Assembly (NCBI GenBank): GCA_036149055.1
Contig: JAYZQJ010000230.1
Location: 1 to 48,518 of the forward strand
From: Myxococcota bacterium
GTDB taxonomy: Bacteria > Myxococcota_A > Polyangia > Polyangiales > Sandaracinaceae
Reading direction: 5' to 3'
DNA: 48,518 bases
Notes under the pieces: generated by a model
What the model saw: only the letters and a program-made list of their open reading frames with translations
Databases searched by the model: none
What the model was told of the DNA's origin: nothing
Part shown: in pieces, positions 8,616-19,600 of the stretch
Position numbering within the stretch: position 1 is the first letter of the stretch
Layout of the letters: the number at the start of each line of letters is the position of its first letter
Position numbers and translations under genes: made by a program

Positions 8616-9467
8616 GTGAGTCTCTCTCTGCTCGGGCTCGGGGTCGCGCTCGGGGGCGCGGCCTGCTGGGCCGGGCTCGACGCGACGCGCAAGGCGCTCG
8701 TCCGCGACGTCCCGCCGGCCGCCGCCGCGATGTGGCTGAGCCTCGGGCAGACCCCGTTCTTCGCCCTCGCGCTCCTCTTCGAGGCCGAGCTGTCGGCCGG
8801 CTACTGGCTGCCCGGCCTCTCGGCGCTCGGGCTGCAGGTGATCGCGAACCTGCTCTTCATGAAGGCCGTCCAGGTCTCGCCGCTGAGCGCGACCATCCCC
8901 TTCCTCTCGTTCACGCCGGTGTTCACCTCGCTGCTCGCGATCCCGGCCCTCGGGGAGCTGCCGAGCGGCTGGCAGTGGGGCGGCATCGGCCTCGTGGTGG
9001 TCGGGGCGCTCGCCCTGCACGCCCGGGGCGACGCGCCGCTCTGGCGTCGCCTCGAGACCGGCTCGGCGCTGATGGTCGGGGTCTCGGCCTGCTGGGCGTT
9101 CACCGCCAACCTCGACAAGCTCGCCCTCGAGCACGCGTCCGAGCCCGTGCACGCGCTCGTGCAGACCGCCGGCGTCGGCCTGGCGCTCCTGGGTTGGCTC
9201 CTCGCCCGGCGCGCGTCGATCGCCGTCCCGCGTCGCGCCCGCTGGCCGCTGGCCGCCTCCATCGCCTTCGGCGCCGGCGCCCTCGCGCTTCAGCTCTGGG
9301 CCATCCAGCTCCTCTTCGTCGGCATCGTGGAGACGATCAAGCGCGCGGTCGGCATGACCTCCTCGGTGCTCGTCGGCCGCGTCGCGTTCGACGAGCCCCT
9401 CGGCGTCGGCAAGCTCGTCGCCGTCGCGATCATGATGGCCGGGACGATCGCGGTCGTCCTGGGCTGA
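8616..9467 (+). CDS. EamA/DMT family transporter
   Basis: About 10 TM helices in two halves; AVQVSPLSATIPFLSFTPVF, LGELPS, FDEPLG motifs. Confidence 0.88.
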   Translation: MSLSLLGLGVALGGAACWAGLDATRKALVRDVPPAAAAMWLSLGQTPFFALALLFEAELSAGYWLPGLSALGLQVIANLLFMKAVQVSPLSATIPFLSFTPVFTSLLAIPALGELPSGWQWGGIGLVVVGALALHARGDAPLWRRLETGSALMVGVSACWAFTANLDKLALEHASEPVHALVQTAGVGLALLGWLLARRASIAVPRRARWPLAASIAFGAGALALQLWAIQLLFVGIVETIKRAVGMTSSVLVGRVAFDEPLGVGKLVAVAIMMAGTIAVVLG

Positions 9468-9482
9468 GCTCCCTCGCGACCT

Positions 9483-9902
9483 TCAGCCGACGAGGCGCTC
9501 CAGGGCGGGCGGCGCGACGCGGCGCTCGAAGGCGGCGGCCTGGGCGGCGCGGGCGAGGATGGCGCAGAGGGTGCGCCGCTCGAGGGGCTTCACGTGGACC
9601 TCGGCGAAGAGCGCGCGGTCGGCTTCGGTGGGGCGCTCGTCCGGCTCCACGAGCAGCACGAGGCGCGGGCAGCGGTCGCCGAGCCTGCGCTTCAGGGCCC
9701 GGGCCACCTGGGCGCCGCTCGCGTGGGCCATGCGGCTCGCGAGCACCACCGCCTCGGGCCGGCGCTTCGGGACCTGCTCGAGCGCCTCGAGCGGGCTCGT
9801 GTAGAGATAGACACGCGCTTCGTCTTCGAAGGCGGGGGCCATCGACCGCAGCCAGTGGGCCTGGTCGTCCACGAACACGACACATCGGCGAGGCAGCTTC
9901 AT
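9483..9902 (-). CDS. Stand-alone receiver-domain protein, atypical (phospho-acceptor Asp apparently absent)
   Basis: VFVDDQ acidic pair, SPLEAL, PEAVVLASRM (A where D is expected), SGAQVA, VKPL. Confidence 0.7.
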   Translation of the reverse strand: MKLPRRCVVFVDDQAHWLRSMAPAFEDEARVYLYTSPLEALEQVPKRRPEAVVLASRMAHASGAQVARALKRRLGDRCPRLVLLVEPDERPTEADRALFAEVHVKPLERRTLCAILARAAQAAAFERRVAPPALERLVG

Positions 9903-10084
9903 CTCGTGTCGACGACTGTGCAGAAACCGTGCTCAGCGACGGAGCCGGGAGGGACGGGGCGGAAGCTGCGCCATCCTTGCGTCAGGTGGGGCACGCCGCG
10001 TCATGGATGTCGCGCACCGTCGGGTCTCTGGCGGCCACCGTCGCCTCTTGACACAGGGGAGATCGGGCACTGAGTGTCGGCCAT

Positions 10085-12343
10085 ATGGCCAAAGACGAGG
10101 TGATGCTCCAGGTGGCCGCGGCCACCAACCAGGACGTGGGCAAGGGCGTCGCCCGGCTCAGCAAGCGGGCGATGGAGGCGCTGGGCCTCCGGGGCGGCGA
10201 GGTCATCGAGGTCGAGGGGAAGCGGCGGAGCGCCGCCCTCGCGCTGCCGCCCTACGAGGAGGACGCGGGCCTCGACATCATCCGCCTCGACGGGCTCGAA
10301 CGGCACAACGCCGGCGTCGGCATCAGCGATCGGGTCGCCGTGCGGAAGGCCGACGCCAAGCCGGCGCGCAAGGTCGTGCTCGCGCCGGCCCAGGACAACG
10401 TCCGGCTGAGCGGCCCCGGCGAGGCGCTGAAGCCGACCCTGATCGGCCGCCCGCTCTCGCCGGGCAGCGTCATCTCGACCAGCGTCTACCGCCGCGCGCC
10501 GGGCATGAACGGGGGCCCGTTCCCCAACGACGTCATGAACGCGCTCTACGCGCAGCGCGCCTACGGCCTGCAGGAGATCCGGCTCGTGGTGGTGTCCGCC
10601 GCGCCGACCGGGGTCGTGCGCGTCACGCCCGAGACCGAGATCGAGCTCCGCGCCGAGCACACCGAGCCCGAGGAGAAGGTGCTCGACGTCACCTACGACG
10701 ACGTCGGCGGCATCAGCCACACCCTCGACGAGGTGCGGGAGATGATCGAGCTCCCGCTGAAGCACCCGGAGCTCTTCCAGCGCCTCGGCATCGACCCGCC
10801 GAAGGGGGTGCTGCTCTACGGCCCGCCCGGGACCGGCAAGACCCTCCTGGCGCGCGCGGTGGCCAACGAGTCCGACGCGCACTTCATCTCGGTGGCCGGC
10901 CCCGAGATCATGGGCAAGCTCGTCGGCGAGTCCGAGGAGCGGCTCCGGCAGATCTTCGAGGAGGCGGAGCAGAACGCGCCGAGCATCATCTTCTTCGACG
11001 AGATCGACTCGATCGCGCCGAAGCGCGACGAGGTCACGGGGGAGGGCGAGAAGCGGCTCGTGGCGCAGCTGCTGACCCTGATGGACGGCCTGAAGCCGCG
11101 GCAGAACGTGGTGGTCATCGGCGCGACCAACCGCCCCGACGCGATCGACGAGGCGCTGCGCCGCCCCGGCCGCTTCGACCGCGAGCTGACCATCGGCGTC
11201 CCCGACAAGGACGGCCGGCGAGAGGTCTTGCAGATCCACACCCGCGGCATGCCGCTCGCCGACGACGTCGAGCTCGACCGACTCGCCCAGATGACCTACG
11301 GCTTCGTCGGCGCCGACCTCGCCGCGCTCTGCCGGGAGGCGGCGCTCGAGTCGCTGCGCCGGGTGCTGCCCGAGATCGACCTCGAGGCCGACGAGATCCC
11401 GGAGGAGGCGCTCCAGAAGCTGATCGTGCGGGGCGGCGACTTCGACTCCGCCATCCGGCGCGTGCAGCCGACCGCGCTCCGCGAGATCATGATCCAGACC
11501 CCCAACGTCTCCTGGGACGACGTCGGCGGGCTCGACGAGGCCAAGGAGGCGCTCCGGGAGGGCATCGAGCTGCCGCTCAAGCGCCCCGACGCGTTCACCC
11601 GCATGGGCATCCGCCCGGCGAAGGGCTTCCTGCTCTACGGCCCGCCCGGCACCGGCAAGACGCTGCTCGCCAAGGCGTGCGCGCGGGAGGCGGAGGCGAA
11701 CTTCATCTCGATGCGCTCGAGCGACCTGCTCAGCAAGTGGTACGGCGAGTCCGAGAAGCAGGTGGCGCGCCTCTTCCAGCGCGCGCGGCAGGTGGCGCCC
11801 ACCGTCATCTTCCTCGACGAGATCGACTCCCTCGTCCCGCGCCGCGGCGGCGGCCTCGGCGAGCCGGCGGTCACCGAGCGGGTGGTCAACACGATCCTCG
11901 CCGAGATGGACGGCCTCGAGGAGCTGAAGGGCGTGGTGGTGGTGGGCGCGACCAACCAGCCGACCCTCATCGACCCGGCGCTGCTGCGCCCCGGCCGCTT
12001 CGACGAGCTGATCTACGTGCCGGTGCCGAGCGAGAAGGGGCGCCTGAAGATCCTGAAGATCCACACCCACGGCATGCCGCTCGCCGCCGGGGTCGACCTC
12101 GCGTCGCTCGCGAAGCGCACCGAGGGCTACACGGGCGCCGACCTCGAGGACCTCGTGCGCCGCGCCGGCCTGATCGCCCTGCGTCACGACCTCGAGGTCA
12201 GCGACGTGCCGATGCCCATCTTCGAGGAGGCGCTGAAGCAGACCCGCGCCTCGGTCACCGAGGAGATGGACGCGAGCTATCGCAAGATGGCCGAGGACCT
12301 GAGACACGAGCGCCCGGCGGAGGCCAAGCGCATCGGGTTCTGA
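10085..12343 (+). CDS. cdc48: CDC48/VCP/VAT-family double-ring AAA+ ATPase
   Basis: CDC48 N-domain ([23 protein letters not shown]), two Walker A GPPGTGKT, Walker B FFDEID/FLDEID, two RPGRFD motifs. Confidence 0.93.
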   Translation: MAKDEVMLQVAAATNQDVGKGVARLSKRAMEALGLRGGEVIEVEGKRRSAALALPPYEEDAGLDIIRLDGLERHNAGVGISDRVAVRKADAKPARKVVLAPAQDNVRLSGPGEALKPTLIGRPLSPGSVISTSVYRRAPGMNGGPFPNDVMNALYAQRAYGLQEIRLVVVSAAPTGVVRVTPETEIELRAEHTEPEEKVLDVTYDDVGGISHTLDEVREMIELPLKHPELFQRLGIDPPKGVLLYGPPGTGKTLLARAVANESDAHFISVAGPEIMGKLVGESEERLRQIFEEAEQNAPSIIFFDEIDSIAPKRDEVTGEGEKRLVAQLLTLMDGLKPRQNVVVIGATNRPDAIDEALRRPGRFDRELTIGVPDKDGRREVLQIHTRGMPLADDVELDRLAQMTYGFVGADLAALCREAALESLRRVLPEIDLEADEIPEEALQKLIVRGGDFDSAIRRVQPTALREIMIQTPNVSWDDVGGLDEAKEALREGIELPLKRPDAFTRMGIRPAKGFLLYGPPGTGKTLLAKACAREAEANFISMRSSDLLSKWYGESEKQVARLFQRARQVAPTVIFLDEIDSLVPRRGGGLGEPAVTERVVNTILAEMDGLEELKGVVVVGATNQPTLIDPALLRPGRFDELIYVPVPSEKGRLKILKIHTHGMPLAAGVDLASLAKRTEGYTGADLEDLVRRAGLIALRHDLEVSDVPMPIFEEALKQTRASVTEEMDASYRKMAEDLRHERPAEAKRIGF

Positions 12344-12346
12344 GCC

Positions 12347-13491
<1,145 letters not shown>

Positions 13492-13495
<4 letters not shown>

Positions 13496-14283
13496 ACGAA
13501 CGCTCGGATGGCCTCGATGGTCTCGCCGGGCGCGCTCAGGTTCGGGCAGTGCCCGGTGGCCTTCATCAGGACGAGCTCGCTGTCGGGCAGGGCGGCGTGG
13601 ACGTAGCGGCCGACCGCCTCGGGGGCGATGATGTCGTCGGCGCACTGCAGGACCAGCGCTCTCGCCTGGACGCGCGCGAGATCCGCGCGGTTGTCCGAGA
13701 GGAAGGTGACCTCCGCGAACCGCTTGGCGATGCCCGGGTCCATGCGACAGAAGCTGTTGGCCAGCTCCTCGCCGAGCTCCGGGCGGTCCGCGTTGCCCAT
13801 GATGGCGGGGGCCATCTGACGCGACCAGCCGAGGTAGTTGCTCTCCAGAGACTCGAGCAGCCCGTCGATGTCGTCTCGCGAGAAGCCGCCGACGTACTGC
13901 TCGTCGTTCAGGTAGCGAGGGGAGGGGCCGACGAGGACGAGCTGCGAGAAGTGCCGAGGCGCGCGGTTCGCGGCGAGCACGCCGATCATCGCGCTGACCG
14001 AGTGCCCGACGAAGACGCCGTTCTCGATGTCCAGGGCCTCGGCGATCTCGATGACGTCGGTCGCGTAGCCGTCGAGCGAGCCGTACTTCTTCGGGTCGTA
14101 GGCGGTCGGATCGCAGGTGCCGGCGCCTACGTGGTCGAACAGCACGACGCGGAAATCGGCCTCGAACTCGGGCGCCACGTAGCGCCACATGTTGCGGTCG
14201 CAGCCGAAGCCGTGGGCGAAGACCATGTGGCGCTCGCCCTGGCCGGTGACCGTCACGTCATGTCGCAGGAGGGCGTCGGTCAT
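13492..14283 (-). CDS. rsbQ: RsbQ-like alpha/beta hydrolase (KAI2/D14-related)
   Basis: ATG at 14283; FAHGFGCDRNMW, GHSVSAM, GPSPRYLND, TGHCPNLSAP. Confidence 0.88.
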
Positions 14284-14324
14284 GTCGAATGAGTAGCGTA
14301 TCCCGCGGGGGCGCGACAGGGGCC

Positions 14325-16754
14325 CTACTCGAGGCAGCGGCCGGTCGCGTCGTCGCTGTCGTTGTTGTCCTCGCGGCACTCGCGGAACGTCGCCGTCTCC
14401 GGGTCCACGACCACCCGGGCGAAGAAGGTCTCGGTCGGCGGCACGCCGGCCGGGGCCTCGAGGGTCAGCTCGAGCACGCGCCCCGGGAACACCGGCTCGG
14501 TCGAGGTGACCCGGCCGAGCTCCACGTCGGGCGCGCCGCGCTGGAAGAACGCCACCGTGACGCCGGGCGGGAGGAGCGCGCGGCCCTGGTTGCGCAGCGA
14601 CGCGACGAGGCGGACCGGATCGCTGCACACCACGCGCAGGGCGAGCACCGCGTCGGGCGCGTCGAAGATGCCGCCCTCCTGCACGTTCTGCCGGAAGTTG
14701 TTGAGCCAGGGGAGCGCCCAGTTGTCGCGGGGGCGGCGCGGGATCTCGCCGTAGCCGCCCGCCGGGTCGCAGGCGGTGTCCGCGTCGTCGCACGTGTTGG
14801 TGACGTGGTAGGCGTGCTGCGTCCACATGGTGCGGGTCCCGACCCACGAGTTGGCCGCGTCGCGGAACACGCTGATGCCGCGCCACGCCCGGCCGTAGCT
14901 CGGCGCGGTCCACGGCGGGTAGCCGCCGGAGCCGTCCATGTGGTGGTTGCAGTGCCAGGAGTCCGGGTTGGCCCCGGTCGAGATCATCACCATCTCGGCG
15001 TGGCCGTCCGCGTCGACGTCGGCGACGAGCGAGGCCTCCGTCCCGGTGAAGGAGTTGGTCGGCGCGGCGAAGCGGACCGCGCCGGTGGGCCCGTCGTAGA
15101 CCCACATGTAGCACTCGTCGTTGTAGAGGACCTCGGCGACCCCGTCGCCCTCGAAGTCGAAGACCGTCGATCCGGTCACGGAGGAGCTGTTGTCGTGGTT
15201 CCGGGCCGACCAGACCTGGGTGATCGTGCCGCCGGCGTAGTCGGGCTTCAGCATCGCGTAGATGGTGGCCTGCGCGACGCCGATCTCCGGGGCGCCGTCG
15301 CCGTCGAAGTCGGCCACCGTCGGAGGGCCACCGACGCCGGTGCCCCCGATCGCCACCGGCCCGAGGCGCGTCGCGCCGGTCGCGGCGTCGAGGATGATCA
15401 CCTCGCCGCCGCCCACGAGCACCACGTCGGGCGCGCCGTCCATGTCGAAGTCGCCGATCGCCGCGAAGCCCTCCGAGAGGTCGGTGCGCTGCCACAGGAC
15501 GCTGCCGTCGGTGTCGATCGCGGTGCGGCCCGAGAGCACCTCGAGGTCGGCGTCGTCGTCGAGGTTCGCGAAGAAGCTCGTCGAGGTGCTGACCTCGCCG
15601 TGGGCCCAGCCGCCGCGCGCGCTCGGCACGTCGAAGCGGAGGGTGAAGGTGCCGCCGGCCCAGGTGTAGACGGCGCCGCGCCACGCGACCTCGGGATCGC
15701 CGTCGCCCTCGAGGTCGCCGAGCGCGAGCCCGCCGCCCCAGCCGAGGCCGGTCGAGGTGGTCACGGGCACGAGGTCGGCGCCGATCCCCATCACCGTTCC
15801 GTCGCCCCGGATGGCGGCGAGGCGGCGCTCTCCGGTGACCGCGACGATGTCGAGCACGCCGTCGTCGTCGAGGTCGCCGAGCGCCAGCGAGACCCCGCTG
15901 AAGCCGACCGAGCCCGGCTCCGCCGCGTCGAGCGACCACAGCTCCCGGCCGGTCGCGCCGTCGAGCGCGCGGAGGATGCCGCGGCGGCAGAGATCGGGCC
16001 CGTGGCAGGCGCCAGCCCGTACGTCGTTGGAGACGAAGACGATCGCCGACGGGTCGAGCTCGTCGATGGCTCCGTCGCAGTTGGTGTCGAAGAGGCGGCC
16101 CACCATCGGCGTGGACCAGACGTCGACCCGGTCGGGCTGCTCGACCGCGGTGGTCGGATCCCAGCGCCACTGCGGCACCGCGTCGAGGTCCTCGACCGGC
16201 GGCCGGTACTCGCAGGTGGCGCTGACGCAGGGCTCGCCCGGCGCCGCTTCGTCGCACGAGGGCGGCAGCGCGAGGCAGCGTCCGGCGCCTCGGACCGGCC
16301 CGCAGCCCGGGGTGACGCCGCCGTCCGGCACGCCCGCGTCGCTCCCCGCCCCCTCGCCGAGCGCCGGCTCGCAGTACTCGCCGTCCCCGCAGTCGCGGCT
16401 CGTGACGCAGCTGTCGCCGGGCACCACGCAGGCTCCGCCGAAGCAGGTCTCTCCCCCGCCGCAGCACTGCGCGCCGCAGACCGCCTCCTCCGACGCGCAG
16501 CACGCGCCGTCGAGGCAGACGCCGCCCCCGCACTCCTCGTCCGTGGCGCAGCGAGGGCCCGCGTCGCGGAGCCCCGCGTCCATCCCGCCGGCGTCCGCGC
16601 TCTCGCCCCCGTCGGGCCGCGGCACGCACACGCCGTCCTGGCAGCGCTCGCTCGCGGCGCAGTCGCCGTCGACGGCGCAGGACTCGCTCGGCCCGCCGCA
16701 GTCACAGCCGGCGAGCAGGAGGAGAGAGAGGAAGAGCAGACAAGCCGAGCGCAT
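14325..16754 (-). CDS. Lipoprotein with Cys-rich N-terminus, FG-GAP/VCBS Ca-binding repeats and CARDB-like C-terminus
   Basis: Lipobox LAGC; DLDDDG, DLEGDG, DFDMDG, DFDGDG, DFEGDG, DVDADG motifs; ECREDNN at C-terminus. Confidence 0.85.
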   Translation of the reverse strand: MRSACLLFLSLLLLAGCDCGGPSESCAVDGDCAASERCQDGVCVPRPDGGESADAGGMDAGLRDAGPRCATDEECGGGVCLDGACCASEEAVCGAQCCGGGETCFGGACVVPGDSCVTSRDCGDGEYCEPALGEGAGSDAGVPDGGVTPGCGPVRGAGRCLALPPSCDEAAPGEPCVSATCEYRPPVEDLDAVPQWRWDPTTAVEQPDRVDVWSTPMVGRLFDTNCDGAIDELDPSAIVFVSNDVRAGACHGPDLCRRGILRALDGATGRELWSLDAAEPGSVGFSGVSLALGDLDDDGVLDIVAVTGERRLAAIRGDGTVMGIGADLVPVTTSTGLGWGGGLALGDLEGDGDPEVAWRGAVYTWAGGTFTLRFDVPSARGGWAHGEVSTSTSFFANLDDDADLEVLSGRTAIDTDGSVLWQRTDLSEGFAAIGDFDMDGAPDVVLVGGGEVIILDAATGATRLGPVAIGGTGVGGPPTVADFDGDGAPEIGVAQATIYAMLKPDYAGGTITQVWSARNHDNSSSVTGSTVFDFEGDGVAEVLYNDECYMWVYDGPTGAVRFAAPTNSFTGTEASLVADVDADGHAEMVMISTGANPDSWHCNHHMDGSGGYPPWTAPSYGRAWRGISVFRDAANSWVGTRTMWTQHAYHVTNTCDDADTACDPAGGYGEIPRRPRDNWALPWLNNFRQNVQEGGIFDAPDAVLALRVVCSDPVRLVASLRNQGRALLPPGVTVAFFQRGAPDVELGRVTSTEPVFPGRVLELTLEAPAGVPPTETFFARVVVDPETATFRECREDNNDSDDATGRCLE

Positions 16755-16830
16755 GGAGCGACGCTACCCGCGGTGGCTCCCGGGCGCCACAGGCCGCTGC
16801 TCGTGCTCGCGCTTCGGAGACAAACAATTT

Positions 16831-17100
16831 CTCGCAGAGGCGCAGAGGCGCAGAGGGGCAGCGGGATGGAGGCTCGCCGGGGGGTGCGCGGCTGCCGCTC
16901 GCTCTGCGGGCTTCGGTGGCTTTTTGGGCTCTCGCAAAGGCGCGAAGCCGCGAAGAGGGATGGGTGGCCGCGGGATGGAGGCTCGCCGGGGTGTGCGCGG
17001 CTGCCGCTCGCTCTGCGGGTTTCGGTGGCTTTTTTACTCGCGCAAAGACGCCAAGACGCCAAGGGGGGCGGGTGGCCGCGGGATGGAGGCTCGCCGGGTC
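16831..17100. repeat. Non-coding tandem array, 3 units of 100-108 bp, each with a triplicated 8-mer and a GCGGGATGGAGGCTCGCCGG box
   Basis: Triplets start at 16833 (CGCAGAGG x3), 16933 (CGCAAAGG CGCGAAGC CGCGAAGA) and 17041 (CGCAAAGA CGCCAAGA CGCCAAGG). Confidence 0.9.
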
Positions 17101-17217
17101 GTGCACGACTGGCGCGCGGTAGGCGGCGGCCCGATGGCCTACGCGCCTCGCTTCCATCCTTCCTCGCTTCCCGCGAGTCACGCAGGCCGAGCCGCTGTCG
17201 GGTGGGGGGCAGGTGGG

Positions 17218-17245
17218 GTGACAAGCGCGGCGGGCGTCTTAGAAT
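17218..17245 (+). promoter_or_regulatory. Putative sigma70 promoter of a leaderless transcript
   Basis: GTGACA-N16-TAGAAT, ending 6 nt before the GTG at 17252; no Shine-Dalgarno. Confidence 0.6.
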
Positions 17246-17251
17246 TCGCGC

Positions 17252-17596
17252 GTGTCGAAGAAGAAGGCCGGGCTCTCGCAGCCGAAGTCGGAGAAGTCGG
17301 AGGACGTGGCGCTGGTCTGCGGCGCGACGCCGGACGGCGGGACCCTGGGCGTGCTCCGCAAGCGCGGGGACAAGGTCGAGGCCGCGGTCCTGAAGAAGAC
17401 CGTCGAGGGCCAGCCGGTGCACGGCGACCTCGTGCGCCTGAAGCCTCGGGAGGAGCCGCTCCTCTTCGACGTCGAGTCGGTCTACGAGGCCCCGGCGAGC
17501 GAGGCGAAGGCGGGACCCTCCCAGGTCGCCAGCGACTCCTACCGCAAGGGCTGGGACCGCCTCTTCCGCGCGAAGAAGCGCGCGGCGCTGAATTAA
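17252..17596 (+). CDS. Hypothetical protein (114 aa)
   Basis: Typical codon usage, upstream promoter, C-terminal GPSQVASDSYRKGWDRLF. Confidence 0.75.
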   Translation: MSKKKAGLSQPKSEKSEDVALVCGATPDGGTLGVLRKRGDKVEAAVLKKTVEGQPVHGDLVRLKPREEPLLFDVESVYEAPASEAKAGPSQVASDSYRKGWDRLFRAKKRAALN

Positions 17597-17606
17597 GCCG
17601 CTCGGC

Positions 17607-18260
17607 GTGAGGCGACTCGAGGAGTTGATCGACGCGGGGGATCCGGCGCTGCCGCGGCTGGGGGCGCTGGTGGAGGGGTCGCCGCATCGCGTGGACGTGC
17701 TGCTGCCGGGGGAGGGCGCGGCGGACTGCTTGCGCGCGCTCGGGATCACGACCCGGTCGATGCTCGGCGCGATCGCCTACCAGACCGGTGGCGTGATGAT
17801 CGCCGACGGCTGGCTGCGGGTGCTCGGGGGCGGCTCGGCGCAGCTGCCGCGGCGGCTCGATCTCTGGAACGGGCTCGGCGGGGAGCGGCGTCACGCCGGC
17901 GGGCTGCTGGTGGCGGACGACGCGGGCGGCGGGTTCTTCGCCTGGCAGGACGCGACCCGCACCGTCGCCTATCTCGCGCCCGACACGCTCGTCTGGGAGG
18001 ACACCGGGCTCGGCTACGAGAACTGGCTGAAGGCCATGCTCGGCCCCGAGCTGCTCGGGTTCTACGAGGGGCTGCGCTGGGACGGCTGGCGCTTCCTCGC
18101 CACCGAGCTCACCACGTCGCAGTCGATGTTCTTCCACCCGCCGCGCTTCACCGCGGAGGGGAGCGACCCGATGAAGTGCTACCGCGGCCTGATCCCGGTC
18201 GACGAGTGCTGGGACGTGCAGCTCGACCTCGCCCGGCAGCTCGCCGAGGCGCGCGCCTGA
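17607..18260 (+). CDS. DUF2625 family protein
   Basis: TTRSMLGAIAYQTGG...GWLRVLGGG, LVADDAGGGFFA, YLAPDTLVWE, FYEGLRW. Confidence 0.82.
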   Translation: MRRLEELIDAGDPALPRLGALVEGSPHRVDVLLPGEGAADCLRALGITTRSMLGAIAYQTGGVMIADGWLRVLGGGSAQLPRRLDLWNGLGGERRHAGGLLVADDAGGGFFAWQDATRTVAYLAPDTLVWEDTGLGYENWLKAMLGPELLGFYEGLRWDGWRFLATELTTSQSMFFHPPRFTAEGSDPMKCYRGLIPVDECWDVQLDLARQLAEARA

Positions 18261-18264
18261 CGGG

Positions 18265-18885
18265 TCACGCCGAGGCGCGCTCGCCCCGAGGCACGAAGGT
18301 CGCGGCGCGGCCGCCGACGAGGGGCTCGCTTCGGTCCTGCGGGAAGAAGGCGCCGAGCACGTTGCCGCGGCACATCGCGTAGAGGCCGTAGAGGCCGAGC
18401 GGCGGGAACGCGAGCGTCCAGAGCACGTAGGTGAGGGTGCCGACCGCCCAGCCCCACTTGCGCCGCCGGGCCAGCCCGACCGCGGCGAGCATCGGCAGCC
18501 CCGCGAGCACGGTCGTGATGCAGAGCATGAGGAACGCGCCCCACGCCTCGGGGCCGTCGAGCTGCCGGAGGAAGCGCCCGAAGCCGGCGGGGGTCGGGTC
18601 GAAGTGCCCGTGGAACGTGGCGTGGAAGACCGTCGCCCGCAGCAGCACGCCGTAGAAGAGGCCGAGCAAGCCGGCGATGGGGAGGAGCACCTGGGCGACC
18701 GCGAAGTGGGCGTCGTCGCGGAGGTGCTGCTCGAGCGAGGCGCCGCGTTTGATCGCGTCGAGCTCGCGGCGGAGATCGTTGGCCTCCGCCTCGGCGTCGC
18801 GCGCGCGCTCGGTCCAGCGCGCGAGCTCCGACGTCAGGGACTCGACCTGGGCCTGGGCGGCCACGACCTGATCACGGAACCCCAT
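18265..18885 (-). CDS. Hypothetical membrane protein with N-terminal coiled coil
   Basis: Heptad-like N-terminus followed by 3-4 hydrophobic segments. Confidence 0.7.
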   Translation of the reverse strand: MGFRDQVVAAQAQVESLTSELARWTERARDAEAEANDLRRELDAIKRGASLEQHLRDDAHFAVAQVLLPIAGLLGLFYGVLLRATVFHATFHGHFDPTPAGFGRFLRQLDGPEAWGAFLMLCITTVLAGLPMLAAVGLARRRKWGWAVGTLTYVLWTLAFPPLGLYGLYAMCRGNVLGAFFPQDRSEPLVGGRAATFVPRGERASA

Positions 18886-18952
18886 GCAGACAGTGTGACA
18901 CGCCTGTCCAGTCCGTCGGCGCGGTCCACCCCCGCTCGTGGGGGAAGCCCCC

Positions 18953-19600
18953 TCAAGCGTCGAGGCCGACGGGGCAGGTCACGCCGGTGCCGCCGAGCCC
19001 GCAATAGCCGTTCGGGTTCTTGTCGAGGTACTGCTGGTGGTAGTCCTCGGCGAAGTAGAACGGGGGCGCGTCGAGGATCTCGGTGGTGATGTCGCCGTAG
19101 CCGGCCTCGCGCAGCTTCGCGGCGAAGGCCGCCCGCGCCGCCTCGGCCGCCGCGCGCTGGTCGTCGCCGTAGACGTAGATGCCCGAGCGGTACTGGGTGC
19201 CGACGTCGTTGCCCTGGCGCATGCCCTGGGTCGGGTCGTGGCTCTCGAAGAAGACCTTGAGCAGCGTCGCGTAGTCGACCTTCGCGGGGTCGTAGATCAC
19301 GCGCACCACCTCGTTGTGGCCGGTGCGCCCGCTGCAGACCTCCTCGTAGGTCGGGTTCTTCGTGTAGCCGGCCGCGTAGCCGACCGCGGTGCTGTGCACG
19401 CCCTCCACCTGCCAGAGCTTGCGCTCGGCGCCCCAGAAGCAGCCGAGGCCGAACATCGCCTCGCGCATCCCGTCGGGGAAGGGGCCCTTCAGCGAGGTCC
19501 CGAGCACGGTGTGGCGCTCGGCCACCGGCATCTCGGCGTCGCGGCCGGGGAGGGCGCTGTCGGGGCTGGGCATCTCGACCTTCTTCTTCAGGAAGAACAT
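18953..19600 (-). CDS. msrA: Peptide-methionine (S)-S-oxide reductase
   Basis: [54 protein letters not shown]. Confidence 0.97.
   Translation of the reverse strand: MFFLKKKVEMPSPDSALPGRDAEMPVAERHTVLGTSLKGPFPDGMREAMFGLGCFWGAERKLWQVEGVHSTAVGYAAGYTKNPTYEEVCSGRTGHNEVVRVIYDPAKVDYATLLKVFFESHDPTQGMRQGNDVGTQYRSGIYVYGDDQRAAAEAARAAFAAKLREAGYGDITTEILDAPPFYFAEDYHQQYLDKNPNGYCGLGGTGVTCPVGLDA

Noticed and set aside
5763..10051. Very long ORFs 5763-9152(-) and 5969-10051(+), and similar ones such as 14289-17393(+), 21352-24375(-), 37737-41237(+), 45772-48492(+)
   Set aside because: Arg/Gly/Ala-rich shadow frames of well-supported genes, expected at this GC content.
10048..10080. CIRCE/HrcA operator upstream of cdc48
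   Set aside because: The TTGACAC...GAGTGTC arms are about 15 nt apart rather than 9 and match poorly; only a possible -35 TTGACA remains.
19588..19600. Frameshift or fusion between the alkB-like gene and msrA
   Set aside because: A 13-bp overlap with both proteins complete is ordinary operon packing.
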